Made by a program: the position numbers and the translations under genes. The notes under the pieces were generated by a model. It was not told the origin of the DNA. It saw nothing but the letters and a program-made list of their open reading frames with translations, and did not search any database. Of a DNA stretch of 64,000 bases, positions 19,079 through 30,042 are shown piece after piece; position 1 is the first letter of the stretch, and each line of letters starts with the position of its first letter. Source of the DNA: Acidobacteriota bacterium (lineage in GTDB: Bacteria > Acidobacteriota > UBA890 > WLXD01); contig CBDBHB010000006.1 in assembly GCA_965205505.1 (NCBI GenBank), positions 1-64,000 of the forward strand, given 5' to 3'.

Positions 19079-21048
19079 CGTTCGCCCTCGGGATCGACGC
19101 CGGTCGTTGTCTCCGTCTCATTCCCCGGTTCGTCGATCGGCAGCCGCCGGTATTCATCCTTTTCCACTGGCTTTCCGAAGTAGCTGGCCAGGATCTCGCC
19201 GCCAATGGGTGCCGCAGCCCTGCCGCCGGATCCGCCATGTTCCAGATATATGGCCACCGCCACCTCGGGGTCGTCGATGGGCGCCACGGCAACGAACCAG
19301 GCGTGGTTGCGCAGGTGCTCGGGGCGATCCTCATCGTTCGCTGCCACTCGGGCCGAGGACGCCACTTGCGCCGTACCAGTCTTGCCACCGACGGCGATTG
19401 TGGGCAGCCGTGCTCGCCACGACGACCCGTAGGCCACCGACCCCGCCATACCTCGCGTCACCAGCTCGCGGGTGGCTCTGCTGAGCGGCGCCGGTTGCTG
19501 GTCGCCCAAGTACGAGCGCGTCCCGCCGCTGCTAGCGCCCTCGATGCTCATCAGTAGGCGCGGCTGGCGGATGACACCGGTGGCGATGGTAGCGGCAACA
19601 TTGGCAAGCTGCAGTGGGCTGACCGCCAACGGCCCCTGGCCGATCGACAGCGAAACCGTCTCGCCAGGGTAATAGCGGCGGCCGTTGGTCGCGAGCCATT
19701 CGTCGCTGGGAACAATGCCGCCCTGCTCTTCGGTAAGGTCGATACCGGACGTTGCGCCGAGGCCGAACCGCTGCGCCCATCGCACAATACGTTCGCGTCC
19801 CAGCTTGACGCCGAGCTCGTAGAAGAAGCTATTACAGGAACGTGCCACGGCTTGCACCACGTTGACGTTCCCGTGTTTTCCTTCGCAACTGAAGAAGCGG
19901 CCATAGAAGGTTTTCCCGCCCGGACAGAAATAGGTCGTGCTCGGCGAGATGACGCCTTCCTCGAGCCCCGCAGTGGCGAGTACGAGCTTGAAGATCGAGC
20001 CTGGAGGCTGACCGGCTCGAACGCTGCGGTTGTGTAGCGGTTTGGCCGGGTCGCGCAGCAGAGACTCCCACTCCTCTACCGAGAAACGTTCGGCGAACGC
20101 GTTCGGGTCGAAGGCTGGCGAGCTCGCCAGCGCCAGGACGCCGCCGTTCGTAGTGTCGAGGACCACGGCCGCGCCACGGCGGTCGCCGAGGAGCTCCTCG
20201 ACGCGTTGTTGTAGCTTGATATCGAGTGCGAGAATGATAGTCTGCCCTGGTTGGGGAGCCGCCTCGCTTTCCAGCCGGATCTCGCGCCCCGATGAGTTCA
20301 CCACCGCCAGACGGCTCCCGGCCTGTCCGGCGAGGTCGCTGTTGTAGATCGACTCCACGCCGAGCTGCCCTACGATGTCGCCCAGGCTGAACCGTTCGCC
20401 ACGAGCCTCGAGCTGTTGCGGCGAGATCTCGCCCACGTAACCCAGCACGTGAGCCGCAGCCGTGCCGTGCGGATAGAACCGCTGCGCGTGAATCTGAACC
20501 GCGACCCCAGGATGTTCCAGCCGTCGTGCCTCTATACGTACGACGTGCTCCTTGGAAACCCCCGAGGCCACGACGACAGGCCTGAATCGAGCTGTGTTTC
20601 GTTGTCGATCGAGCCGCTGGCGAAGAACCTCGTGCGGCTCCTCCAGCACCGAGCTCAGCCAACGGAGGGTGTCCTCCTCGTCGATGACTAACTCGCGAAT
20701 GAGGGCAACCTCGTACGACGGTCGATTGGTCGCAAGGATCTCGCCGTTCCGATCGAGGATGAGCCCGCGACTCGGGCGCACGCGCGAGCGCTTCCAGACG
20801 TTGTCCTCAGCGAGACTGGCGTACTCCGCACCATGGATAACCTGCGTTTGCCAGAAGCCAAGCAGCAGCGCCAGCACCAGCACGACGGCGAATCCCTCGA
20901 GCACGCGCACGCGGTCGGTGATGCGCCGACGATCGGCCGCGGTTTCCAGCGCTCGCGGGCCAAGTAACGGAGCCCGGCGGACGGACCGCCCCAGAGGCGG
21001 TTTCTGGTCGGCGCTACCATCGTCGTTGGGACGCCAGGGGCCCGTCAT
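19075..21048 (-). CDS. mrdA: Penicillin-binding protein 2
   Basis: RGLILDRNG, PPGSIFK (SxxK), SCN, GKTGTAQ; in mre operon. Confidence 0.95.
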   Translation of the reverse strand: MTGPWRPNDDGSADQKPPLGRSVRRAPLLGPRALETAADRRRITDRVRVLEGFAVVLVLALLLGFWQTQVIHGAEYASLAEDNVWKRSRVRPSRGLILDRNGEILATNRPSYEVALIRELVIDEEDTLRWLSSVLEEPHEVLRQRLDRQRNTARFRPVVVASGVSKEHVVRIEARRLEHPGVAVQIHAQRFYPHGTAAAHVLGYVGEISPQQLEARGERFSLGDIVGQLGVESIYNSDLAGQAGSRLAVVNSSGREIRLESEAAPQPGQTIILALDIKLQQRVEELLGDRRGAAVVLDTTNGGVLALASSPAFDPNAFAERFSVEEWESLLRDPAKPLHNRSVRAGQPPGSIFKLVLATAGLEEGVISPSTTYFCPGGKTFYGRFFSCEGKHGNVNVVQAVARSCNSFFYELGVKLGRERIVRWAQRFGLGATSGIDLTEEQGGIVPSDEWLATNGRRYYPGETVSLSIGQGPLAVSPLQLANVAATIATGVIRQPRLLMSIEGASSGGTRSYLGDQQPAPLSRATRELVTRGMAGSVAYGSSWRARLPTIAVGGKTGTAQVASSARVAANDEDRPEHLRNHAWFVAVAPIDDPEVAVAIYLEHGGSGGRAAAPIGGEILASYFGKPVEKDEYRRLPIDEPGNETETTTGVDPEGER

Positions 21049-21094
21049 GAGCGAGTCTTCCGATCAGCGGTTTGTTGCATTGGCGCTCGGTCGG

Positions 21095-21607
21095 TCATCT
21101 TCGTCTCGGCGACAAACGAGATCGCCTTCGTCTACTGTGCCAGCCTACTACGAAGCGCGGGCTGCCCACGGTGATCACGCCACAGACCATTGCTGTAGCG
21201 CCACCGCGCGCAGCAACCGTTCCAAAGGTCTCCACGCCCGGCCAGGCGAAGAAGCCGAGTAGACTCATGACGATCATGCTCTCGATCATCGCAGCGGCTC
21301 CGATGACGATCGCCTCGGCGAGTTGCCCGCGAACCACGATGACGTTCCCCAGCGAGGTGATCAGAGCCGCCACGACGGTCTTCGCAAAAGCGTGGAGTCC
21401 GACGATGCCACCGGACAGGCTGTCCTGGACGAACCCCGCCAGCGCGCCGATGAGCACGGAAGCGGCGAAAGTTTGCCGCAACGCTAGCAGTCCGGTTGCC
21501 ACCATCAGCCCGTCGACCAGGCCCAGAGGCGGCACCATTTGCGTCAAGGTTGTCTGGACCGCGCCAACCACGAGCATTAGGACGATGATGCGGAAAACTG
21601 ATTTCAT
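21095..21607 (-). CDS. mreD: Rod shape-determining protein MreD
   Basis: Hydrophobic, GFVQDSLSGGIVG, between mreC and mrdA. Confidence 0.88.
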   Translation of the reverse strand: MKSVFRIIVLMLVVGAVQTTLTQMVPPLGLVDGLMVATGLLALRQTFAASVLIGALAGFVQDSLSGGIVGLHAFAKTVVAALITSLGNVIVVRGQLAEAIVIGAAAMIESMIVMSLLGFFAWPGVETFGTVAARGGATAMVCGVITVGSPRFVVGWHSRRRRSRLSPRRR

Positions 21608-21621
21608 CGGTTACGCCGGGA

Positions 21622-22482
21622 TCAGGAGTCGGGGTCGTGGCGCAGCACCAACACATCCTCGAGGCGCATCATATCGACGCGTGGCTGAACCTCGATCTGC
21701 ATGAACAGCGCCGTCTCGTCGCGCCAAAGAGGTACCGCAGGCGTTCCCGGCAACGTCGGGCCTACACCGGCACGGGTCACGTCTCCGACCGGGATCCCGG
21801 CCGGGTAGATACCATCCTCGCCCGAGGTTTCCACGAGCTCTCCAACGGTCACGTCGTCGAGCGTTTGGATGAAGCGCAGTTCGAGTAACGGACCGTCTGC
21901 ACCGGCCAGCAGGCCGCTCGCACGGGACTCGCTGAGCCGAGCCCCGACGCCGCTCAGGGCATCGGTAAACAGCTGCACAGCGCATGTCCATCGCGAGACT
22001 TGGATCACGCGCCCGACAAGGGCCCCGTTGGGCGAGATCACGGCGTCGTCCACGCCGATGCCGTCCGCCGAGCCGCGATTGAGCTGAAGCGACTGATAGC
22101 GATGCGCGAGGTCTCGACCCACGACCCTGGCAGCAGTCCAAGACCCTGGCACGCTCTTGGTGACGCGCAGCATTGCTCGCAGGCGCTTGTTCTCGTGCCG
22201 CGCCGCCGCCGCAGATGCCAGCTGGCGCTGTAGCTGCGCGTTCTCCTGGCGCAGACGGTCGAACTCGTCTGCGGAACCGAGGAGTGCGACGTATCGGCTC
22301 CAGGCGGAGCGCACCCCACCGACGGCGGAGCTCGCGATTCGTTGGAACGGCGATACCACACCGGTCACGGCGCTTCGCGCCGTCGCCAGCGTGCGCGTGC
22401 GGTTGATCTGATACGACATCAGGAAAAAGAAGAAGGCCAACAGGCCGAAAACGAGCGCCGCGCTGCGCGCAGTTCGCGTCAT
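21622..22482 (-). CDS. mreC: Rod shape-determining protein MreC
   Basis: TM + coiled coil (LRQEN...ENKRLRAML), ETSGEDGIYPAGIPVG. Confidence 0.92.
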   Translation of the reverse strand: MTRTARSAALVFGLLAFFFFLMSYQINRTRTLATARSAVTGVVSPFQRIASSAVGGVRSAWSRYVALLGSADEFDRLRQENAQLQRQLASAAAARHENKRLRAMLRVTKSVPGSWTAARVVGRDLAHRYQSLQLNRGSADGIGVDDAVISPNGALVGRVIQVSRWTCAVQLFTDALSGVGARLSESRASGLLAGADGPLLELRFIQTLDDVTVGELVETSGEDGIYPAGIPVGDVTRAGVGPTLPGTPAVPLWRDETALFMQIEVQPRVDMMRLEDVLVLRHDPDS

Positions 22483-22555
22483 CGTTTCTTCGCCGCTCCT
22501 TGGTGTCGTTCCGAGTGCGCTCGCCGCATTAAAATACGATGGGTAGCTGACAGAG

Positions 22556-23569
22556 CTAGGGCAGACAGACCCGTCGTAACAGGTCCATGTCATAGAGCAT
22601 GCGCCCGACACCGAGCACGACTGTCGACAACGGATCCTCGGTAATCGTAACCGGGACGCCGGTCTCCTCACGAAGCCGCACGTCCATATTGCGAATCAAC
22701 GCGCCGCCGCCGGTCAGCACCAGGCCACGATCGACGAAGTCGGCCGATAGCTCCGGTGGTGTTCGCTCGAGCGCCATGCGCACCGCCTCGACGATCGTGC
22801 CGACCGGCTCGCTCAGCGCTTCGCGGATCTCGCGATCCGTGATGGTGATCGTCTTCGGGATGCCCTCGACCAGGTCGCGCCCCTTGATCTCCATTGTCAT
22901 CTCTTCGTCCAACGGGTAGGCGGAGCCGATCTCCATCTTGATCGATTCCGCTGTCCGTTCGCCAATCAGCAAGTTGTAGTTGCGCTTGACGTAGTTGATG
23001 ATCGCTTCGTCGAGCTCGTTTCCGCCGATACGCACGGAGCGCGAGTACACGATCCCGGCCATCGAGATTACGGCGACGTCAGTGGTTCCGCCGCCGATGT
23101 CGACGATGAGATTGCCGGATGGCTCGGTGATAGGTAGCCCCGCGCCAATCGCCGCGGACATCGCCTCTTCGATCAGATAGACCTCAGACGCCTTGGCGCG
23201 GTAGGCGGTGTCGCGCACCGCCCTCTCCTCAACTTTGGTAATGCCGCTTGGGACGCCAATGAGGATCCGCGGTCGCACCAGGAAGCGCCGATTGTGCACG
23301 CGACGGATGAAGTAGGAGAGCATCTGTTCGGTGACTTCGAAGTCCGCGATCACGCCGTCCTTCAGCGGACGTACGGCGACAATGTGGCCCGGCGTTCGCC
23401 CGAGCATCTCCTTGGCCTCTTTCCCGACCGCCTCGACTTTGTTCGTGTTCTTGTTGATGGCGACGATCGACGGCTCGCGCACCACGACCCCTTTGTTGCG
23501 CATGAACACGAGAGTGTTCGACGTGCCGAGATCGATGGCGATGTCGTTGGAGAAGGCTGAGAAGAACAT
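22556..23569 (-). CDS. mreB: Actin-like protein MreB
   Basis: IAIDLGTSNT, RPLKDGVIADF, VDIGGGTT, LTGGGAL. Confidence 0.97.
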   Translation of the reverse strand: MFFSAFSNDIAIDLGTSNTLVFMRNKGVVVREPSIVAINKNTNKVEAVGKEAKEMLGRTPGHIVAVRPLKDGVIADFEVTEQMLSYFIRRVHNRRFLVRPRILIGVPSGITKVEERAVRDTAYRAKASEVYLIEEAMSAAIGAGLPITEPSGNLIVDIGGGTTDVAVISMAGIVYSRSVRIGGNELDEAIINYVKRNYNLLIGERTAESIKMEIGSAYPLDEEMTMEIKGRDLVEGIPKTITITDREIREALSEPVGTIVEAVRMALERTPPELSADFVDRGLVLTGGGALIRNMDVRLREETGVPVTITEDPLSTVVLGVGRMLYDMDLLRRVCLP

Positions 23570-23895
23570 GCACCTACAATGCCGATGGCTGGGCCGCGAC
23601 AGTGGAAGCCGTTGTCGCGACGGCGCGCGGCAGGACAGACGGGAGGTGAATTCGAAATGACCCAAACGCGCCACGGAGGAGGCCGAGGCCAGCGGCAAGC
23701 CGTCGCCACTTGCCGGAGCGCAGCACACAAGCATGGTACCACGGGGCCCAACCTTGTCGGGGCGAGCCGCAGACAGGTACCATATTGTCTCCCCGTCAAC
23801 GACGAACAGATTAGAGAATCATCCACCGTCGCCTGTCGCTGGCGCCTGCTGTCCGCGGCCCTGAGCCGCGGCGACTTCGCTCGGAGTAAGTAATC

Positions 23896-25803
23896 GTGCT
23901 GCATACCCTGCGCCGGAACGTGCGGCGCCTGTCGTGGACGCTTTGGCTCGTCATCGTGGCTTTCATCGCCTTGTATCTGCCCGCCTTGTTCACCGGCGGC
24001 GCGGCGAATGTTGTCGCACGAGTCAACGGCGAGCCGATCGAGGCGGCGGAGTTTCAGAGCGCCATGAACGAGCAAATGCAATACTACCGCGGTCTGAACC
24101 AGGGCGAGCTGCCAGACAACTTCATCCAGCAAATGCAGCTCCAGAGTGTCGTCTTGGAGCAGCTCATCCGACGACGGCTGATCGTGGCGTCGGCCGAAGA
24201 TCAGGGATTCGCGATCGCTCGCCAGGAGCTCAAGGACCGGATGATGCAGTACCCGGCGTTTCGTCGCGAGGACGGACGTTGGATCGGCGATGAGGAGTAC
24301 CGCACGATCCTGCTACGCAACGGGCTGGACGTCGTCTCCTTCGAGGAGTCGATCGTGGACGACCTCCTCGTTGAGCGCGTCACCGGGCTGATCACCGAGA
24401 GCATTGCGGTGAGCGATCGTGAGGTCGAAGACGCGTACCAACGCCAAAGCGAAAAGGTACGCTTCGATTTCGTGCAGATTCGCCCCACCGCGTATCGTCT
24501 CGAGGTCGACGGAGAGGTTACCGACGCAGACATTCGCGCCGCCTACGATGCCGACCCCGACGCCTATCGACTTCCGGAGCAGCGGCGGGTTTCCTACGCC
24601 CTCGTCGACACCGAAGGATTGCGCAACAGTGTCGAGATCTCGGCCGATGCGCTCTTGGCCGAGTACCAGGCCAGCCTTGACGAGTTCACCGTCGAGGAAC
24701 AGGTGAAGGCGCGGCAGATCATGCTGCGCGTGCCTCCTACGGCCAGCGACGAGGAAAAGGTCGGCATTCGAGGCCGTGCCGAGGAAGTACTGCAACGCCT
24801 GAACGCGGGCGCTGACTTCAGCGACCTAGCCGAAGAAGTCTCTGATGATCCTACGTCCGCGACGGGTGGCGATCTCGGCTGGGTTACGCGCGGCCGGCAG
24901 GTCGAGGGTTTCGACGAAGCGGCGTTCGTGCTGCAGCCTGGCGAGACATCGGAGATCGTCGAGACCGCGTTCGGTTTCCACATTGTGCGCGTCGACGAGC
25001 GTCGCGACGAGCACGCGCAGCTCTTCGAAGAGGTGCGTGGCCAGCTCGAGCAGCGGCTCGCCTGGGACCAAGCCGAGGCGCAGGCCGAGACTACGTCGGA
25101 GCAGATACGTCGTGACGTGTTGCGCGGCGATGCGCTAGAGAATGTGGCCGAGCGGTACGGCCTGACGATCGAGGTCAGCCCGCTCTTCGCGCAGGAGACT
25201 GGGTTCGGCGAGTTCATCACCATCGACCTCACCAGCCGGATATTCACTCTCGGCGCTGGTCGAGTCGCCGAGCCCGTCCGGGTGCGCCGGGGCTATCTCG
25301 TGTTCCGGGTCGACGACATCGCGGCTCCCCATGTGCCCGAGTACGACATTGTGGTCAACGAGGTTCGCTCCGACGTGGTCGAGCGCCGCGCCGACGAACG
25401 CGCCGCTGAGCGCGCCCGCGAATACGCTGGGCGGCTGGCGGCCGGCGAAGATCTTGCGGCCATCGCGCCGGAGGCGGGCGCTGCGGTCGAATCCAGCGAG
25501 CTTGTCGCACGTGAGGAGATCGTCCCGGTGCTGGGTAGCGCGCCAGCTCTTCTGCAGGCGGCTTTCCAACTCGCAGCGGGCGAGACCGGTGGCCCGGTGA
25601 AGCTCGATGATCGATTCGTCGTGTTTCGAGTGGTGGAGCACGTTCAGCCTGACTGGGCGTTGTTTGCCGAGCAGAAGGAGCCGCTGCGCGAGCAGGAGGC
25701 CGTGCTACGCCGCAACCGGCTCTTCGAGGCCTACCTCCAATCGCTACGCGAGAGTTACTCGGTGACCGTAGATCAGGCAGCCATCGATACCATCGTCAGC
25801 TGA
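23896..25803 (+). CDS. ppiD: PpiD-type membrane-anchored parvulin PPIase/chaperone
   Basis: N-terminal TM, SurA-like domain, FSDLAEEVSDDPTSATGGDLGW, ETAFGFHIV. Confidence 0.85.
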   Translation: MLHTLRRNVRRLSWTLWLVIVAFIALYLPALFTGGAANVVARVNGEPIEAAEFQSAMNEQMQYYRGLNQGELPDNFIQQMQLQSVVLEQLIRRRLIVASAEDQGFAIARQELKDRMMQYPAFRREDGRWIGDEEYRTILLRNGLDVVSFEESIVDDLLVERVTGLITESIAVSDREVEDAYQRQSEKVRFDFVQIRPTAYRLEVDGEVTDADIRAAYDADPDAYRLPEQRRVSYALVDTEGLRNSVEISADALLAEYQASLDEFTVEEQVKARQIMLRVPPTASDEEKVGIRGRAEEVLQRLNAGADFSDLAEEVSDDPTSATGGDLGWVTRGRQVEGFDEAAFVLQPGETSEIVETAFGFHIVRVDERRDEHAQLFEEVRGQLEQRLAWDQAEAQAETTSEQIRRDVLRGDALENVAERYGLTIEVSPLFAQETGFGEFITIDLTSRIFTLGAGRVAEPVRVRRGYLVFRVDDIAAPHVPEYDIVVNEVRSDVVERRADERAAERAREYAGRLAAGEDLAAIAPEAGAAVESSELVAREEIVPVLGSAPALLQAAFQLAAGETGGPVKLDDRFVVFRVVEHVQPDWALFAEQKEPLREQEAVLRRNRLFEAYLQSLRESYSVTVDQAAIDTIVS

Positions 25804-25830
25804 TCCACCTCGGCCTGCTAGCATTCGGGT

Positions 25831-26571
25831 ATGGATGCTGAGCAACTCGCGGGTCAGTTGGCCGTCTGGTTGCGGGCGGAAACCGAGTCCGCCGGCGCAC
25901 GCGGCATCGTCTTCGGTCTTTCCGGAGGCGTCGACTCGGCCGTGCTGGCACAGCTGGCGCGGCGGGCGTTTCCGGAGACGCACCTGGCGTTGATCCTGCC
26001 GGTCCACTCCGACCCTCGAGATATCGACCACGCGCGGCGGGTGGTCGATGAATTCCGACTCAACTCCAAGCTAATGGAGTTGGACTCCGTCTACGAGGGT
26101 TTTGCTCGTTTGCTGGGCGCCGACCCCGAACCTGATGAGCCGCCCGATTTGCCCCTCGCGAACCTCAAGGCCCGACTGTGGATGACGGCTCTCTACTATC
26201 ATGCCAACAAGTTCCGCTATCTGGTGGCCGGGACGGGAAATCGCTCGGAGATGTCCCTTGGCTATTTCACCAAGTACGGTGACGGGGGGGTTGATTTGCT
26301 GCCCTTGGGACACCTGGTGAAAAGCGAAGTGGTGACGCTGGCCGAACACCTGCAGGTTCCCCGCGAGATTATCGACAAGCCGCCCTCGGCGGGAATTTGG
26401 CGCGGCCAGACCGACGAGAAAGAGCTCGGGTTCAGCTATGAGCAGCTAGAAGAGTACGTGCTCGGTGGGCTCGAGGATCAGGAGCTACGCCAGCGCGTCG
26501 AATCTCGCCGTCTGGCCAATGCCCACAAGCTTCGTCCACCCAGGCTGCCGCCGCCGCCCTCGGCGATGTGA
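25831..26571 (+). CDS. nadE: NH3-dependent NAD+ synthetase
   Basis: GLSGGVDSA, NLKARL, GYFTKYGDG, KPPSAG, QTDEKELG. Confidence 0.94.
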   Translation: MDAEQLAGQLAVWLRAETESAGARGIVFGLSGGVDSAVLAQLARRAFPETHLALILPVHSDPRDIDHARRVVDEFRLNSKLMELDSVYEGFARLLGADPEPDEPPDLPLANLKARLWMTALYYHANKFRYLVAGTGNRSEMSLGYFTKYGDGGVDLLPLGHLVKSEVVTLAEHLQVPREIIDKPPSAGIWRGQTDEKELGFSYEQLEEYVLGGLEDQELRQRVESRRLANAHKLRPPRLPPPPSAM

Positions 26572-27170
26572 CGATGACCGACGCTGGGGCATCCATGCGT
26601 CTAGATCCGGACGAATATCTGGCCGATTGTTTTCGGCTCGCCAAGAAGATCTGGGACGACGGCTATCGGCCCGATTTTCTCGTCGCGCTTTGGCGCGGCG
26701 GCGCCCCACCTGGCATCGCCATCCACGAGTTATTCCGTTGCAAGGGGCACGACTTCTATCACACCGCGATTCGTACGCAGTCGCTGGAAGGGATCTCGCA
26801 AGGCAATGGCTTCGACATTCGTGGCCTCAAGCATGTCGCCGACGAGGTGGAGTCGGGGCAACAGATGTTGATCGTCGACGATTTGTTCGATACCGGACGA
26901 ACCATGTACGAGGTGATCGAATATCTGCGCCGCCGCGCGCGACGCAATATGCCGGAGATTCGCGTTGCCACGGTGTACTTTCGCCCGGAGCGCCGGGCCT
27001 TTCTGGTCGGTCCGCACTACTATCTTCATAGCGTGTCGGAACGGCCCGTCTTTCCGCATCAGCTGACCGCCCTGGCGTCGGAACGGCTGGCGGAGACTGA
27101 CCCCGAGCTGTGCGAGGCGATCTGGGGCGAAACACAGCCCGATCCGGCGGTGACCGGCGGCTCGCAATGA
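26568..27170 (+). CDS. Type I phosphoribosyltransferase (purine salvage-like)
   Basis: LWRGG and PRPP motif LIVDDLFDTGRT. Confidence 0.85.
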   Translation: MTMTDAGASMRLDPDEYLADCFRLAKKIWDDGYRPDFLVALWRGGAPPGIAIHELFRCKGHDFYHTAIRTQSLEGISQGNGFDIRGLKHVADEVESGQQMLIVDDLFDTGRTMYEVIEYLRRRARRNMPEIRVATVYFRPERRAFLVGPHYYLHSVSERPVFPHQLTALASERLAETDPELCEAIWGETQPDPAVTGGSQ

Positions 27171-28601
27171 GGGGTACTGGTGGCGTCGCGGTTGTGGCGC
27201 TCCTGGCCGCCTTGGCCTGCTGTCAATCCGGTGACCGGCAGGCGCGAGCTGATGCTCCTCTCACAGGAGCAGGAGATTCAGCTCGGTCGCGAGAACGACG
27301 AGCTCGTAATAGCCGAATATGGCCTGTATGACGACCCCGAGCTGGCCGGCTGGATCGAGCAGACCGGGCACACGATGGCTGCCGCAAGTGAGCGTCCACA
27401 GCTGCCCTGGACGTTTCGCGTTGTGGACGACACCATCGTCAACGCCTTTGCGCTGCCAGGCGGCTACATCTATATGACGCGGGGTATCCTTGTCTACATG
27501 AACTCGGAGGCCGAGGTCGCGGGGGTGCTCGGGCACGAGATCGGCCATGTGACGGCGCGCCATGGAGCACAGCGCTACACGGGCGCCTCGCTGGCGCAGA
27601 TCGGGCTGGGAGCGGGCAGTATTCTGTCGTCCGAGGTGCGCGCCCTCGGCGGCATCCTGCAGACGGGCGTGGGCCTACTGTTTCTCAAGTTCGGCCGCGA
27701 CGAGGAGCTACAGTCCGATCAGCTGGGGGTTCGCTATGCCGTCGGCGCGGGGTACGATCCGCGTCGCCTGGCGGCGTTCTTTCGGACGATCTCGCTGATG
27801 TCCGAATCTGGCGGTGGGCGTCTTCCCACCTGGCTGTCGACGCACCCGTCGCCCGAGAATCGGGTTGAGCGGGTTCTGGCGAGTTCCGAGCCTCTGGTTG
27901 CCGGACGTACCGATCTTCGCATCGGTCGAGACGCGTACTTGCGCCGTGTCGACGGCATCGTGTTCGGTCCGAATCCGCGTCAGGGTGTGGTCGTCGACGG
28001 GACGTTCAAGCATCCTGACCTTCTATTCCAGGTCGACTTTCCTGACGGATGGCAGCTGCAGAACGGTAAGCAGGCGGTGGTCTCGGCTCCCGACGACGGC
28101 GATGTGATCGTTGGGCTGACTGTCGGGGCAATGCAAGGGGCAAGCCTGGAGGCGCATGCCAACGCGGCCATGCAAGCGCGATCCGCTACCTCGGTGGTCG
28201 GTGCTTCCACGTCTGTGGCAGGGCTGCCGGCGTACCGAGCGCACTATGACAGCACCGTCAACGAAGTCGTGGTTCGTGCTAGCGATGTCTTCATTCACTA
28301 TGGCGATTTGATATACGACCTGATCGGCTACAGCCGAGCAACCGTCTTCGGGCGCCATGCGGGTACCATCGATTCCTGGCAGCGGAGCTTCCGACGCCTG
28401 CCGCGGAACGAGGCAGACCGCTACAACCCCGATCGACTGGAGGTGTTCGCGGCGCCGCGAGCCGGCCCACTAGCCTCGCTCGTGGACGCGGGGCCAGCGG
28501 CCAGCATCGATACGCTCGCGCTGCTGAATGGCGTGGCCGCCGACGCTCGCATAGAGCGCGGCACGCTGATCAAGCGAGCGCGCGCCGGGTACCGCCGCTA
28601 A
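27167..28601 (+). CDS. M48-family Zn metallopeptidase lipoprotein (apparent frameshift ~27218)
   Basis: MRGTGGVAVVALLAALAC then AVNPVTG in another frame; VNAFALPGG, HEIGH, LSTHP. Confidence 0.88.
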
Positions 28602-28619
28602 TCGGAGCCGGCTGCCCGC

Positions 28620-28826
28620 TTAGTCGAGCGCATCCTCTAGCTCGCGCTGCTGCTCCTCGAACCAGTCCACGAGGCGTTCCTTCTTGAACCGCCACTGGCC
28701 GGCAACTTTGTTGCCCGGGAGCTTCCCCTCGCGCGCCATCCGGTAGACCGTCGACTTGTGCAGGCGGAGGTACCGGGCGACCTCATCCAGCGTCATGATC
28801 GTCGGACGCGTTTCGCGTTCGGCCAT
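28620..28826 (-). CDS. Excisionase-like (HTH_17/BldC-like) DNA-binding protein, paralogue 0
   Basis: MTLDEVARYLRLHKSTVYRMAREGKLPGNKVAGQWRF; GGAGG RBS. Confidence 0.92.
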   Translation of the reverse strand: MAERETRPTIMTLDEVARYLRLHKSTVYRMAREGKLPGNKVAGQWRFKKERLVDWFEEQQRELEDALD

Positions 28827-28949
28827 CGTGTCCCTCCTCGAATCCCGCAAGGTAGCTCCGGGTCATCGGTCCGGGGCGGCATCGCGGTCAGCGCCGACCA
28901 AGTCTCGCCAGAACTAGCGAATCCTAACTCAGCGTAGGCAACGTTCATC

Positions 28950-28978
28950 ACTCTACGCGCTGCGAGACAGACTGTCAA
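28950..28978 (-). promoter_or_regulatory. Sigma70 promoter for HTH paralogue 0
   Basis: Minus strand TTGACA-N17-TAGAGT. Confidence 0.7.
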
Positions 28979-29190
28979 GGCGGTACGCTGTGCAATTCTG
29001 TGCGTTACTATCTTGGCATCCCCGGGGCAGTTGTTGTCTTGACGTCTCGGGTGCAGCTGCTACCTTCCGACTCCGCTGCAGTCGCTATCGTGGCGTCGCC
29101 ATAGCGGCGTGCCTTCGCGCGAGCTGCTCAGCCATGGTGCGTTTCGCCACACCGCTTGCCAGTGTCCCAACGAACCTCTGTTACGGGACA

Positions 29191-30042
29191 CTAGAAGTAG
29201 ACGCGGTCCTCGCCGATGATCTCTGTGCCGCTGGTGGTACGAAACACGAGACGCACCACGCCTTCGTCGCCGATGGGCTCCTGATCGAAGATCGAATAGT
29301 GGATCGGGCCGAGCGTTACCGCCGGCGGCGTGTAGTCGGTGTTCTTGAACCCGATCTGGCGGTTCGAGTAATCGCGCCCGCCAACGTCGAAGCGCCGCGC
29401 ATAAAGAGTGTTGAGCGGGCGCTGCACGCTGCCCCCCGCGAAGGCGCGGGGCCGTTCGCGCTCGATAATGTAGAGGTCGACGATGCCGGAGGCAGTCACG
29501 GGACGACCTTCCCAATCCTCCAGAACGAAGAACACCTCGAGGCGCCGCAACCCGTCGACGAACGCGGCGACGGTGCGAAACTTGTAAGGCTCATCGGCCC
29601 ACCAGGCCGACGGCGCCCCGAGAGCTTCGGCGACCAGGTCGAGGTTGGCGTTGTCGATATAGCCAGTTTGTTGTAGCAACGCGTCCGAGCCCGGCCCGAT
29701 CTGACCGCTGACCCAGTCCTCGTGGACGGTCCGTCCTTGCGAGTCGACGAAGTCGAGCTTTACCTTCACGACGACGGCGCGCGAGTTCGGGTTCGATACT
29801 CGCGTGCTCCAGTCGTACGGAACGCTGCCATTCGAGGCATCTCCCCAGTTGATCGCCGGGGTCGTGACGCTCACCTGAGGACCAATCGCCCCGGAGGTCA
29901 CTTGCTGCACGGACCCGCTGGGGTGCGAGCCACGAAGGGCGCTCGGTAGCGGCTGAGACTGCGCCTCGGGCGCATTACCGACGATTCCGGCCATCAGCAT
30001 GGTGGAGCAACAAAAGGCCAAGGCGGCGTTTTTTCGCATCAT
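29191..30042 (-). CDS. Secreted hypothetical protein, beta-rich (possible Ig-like/FxLYD-like domain)
   Basis: Signal peptide; VSNPNSRAVVVKVKLDFVDSQGRTV...QIGPG pattern; divergent from histidine kinase. Confidence 0.65.
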   Translation of the reverse strand: MMRKNAALAFCCSTMLMAGIVGNAPEAQSQPLPSALRGSHPSGSVQQVTSGAIGPQVSVTTPAINWGDASNGSVPYDWSTRVSNPNSRAVVVKVKLDFVDSQGRTVHEDWVSGQIGPGSDALLQQTGYIDNANLDLVAEALGAPSAWWADEPYKFRTVAAFVDGLRRLEVFFVLEDWEGRPVTASGIVDLYIIERERPRAFAGGSVQRPLNTLYARRFDVGGRDYSNRQIGFKNTDYTPPAVTLGPIHYSIFDQEPIGDEGVVRLVFRTTSGTEIIGEDRVYF

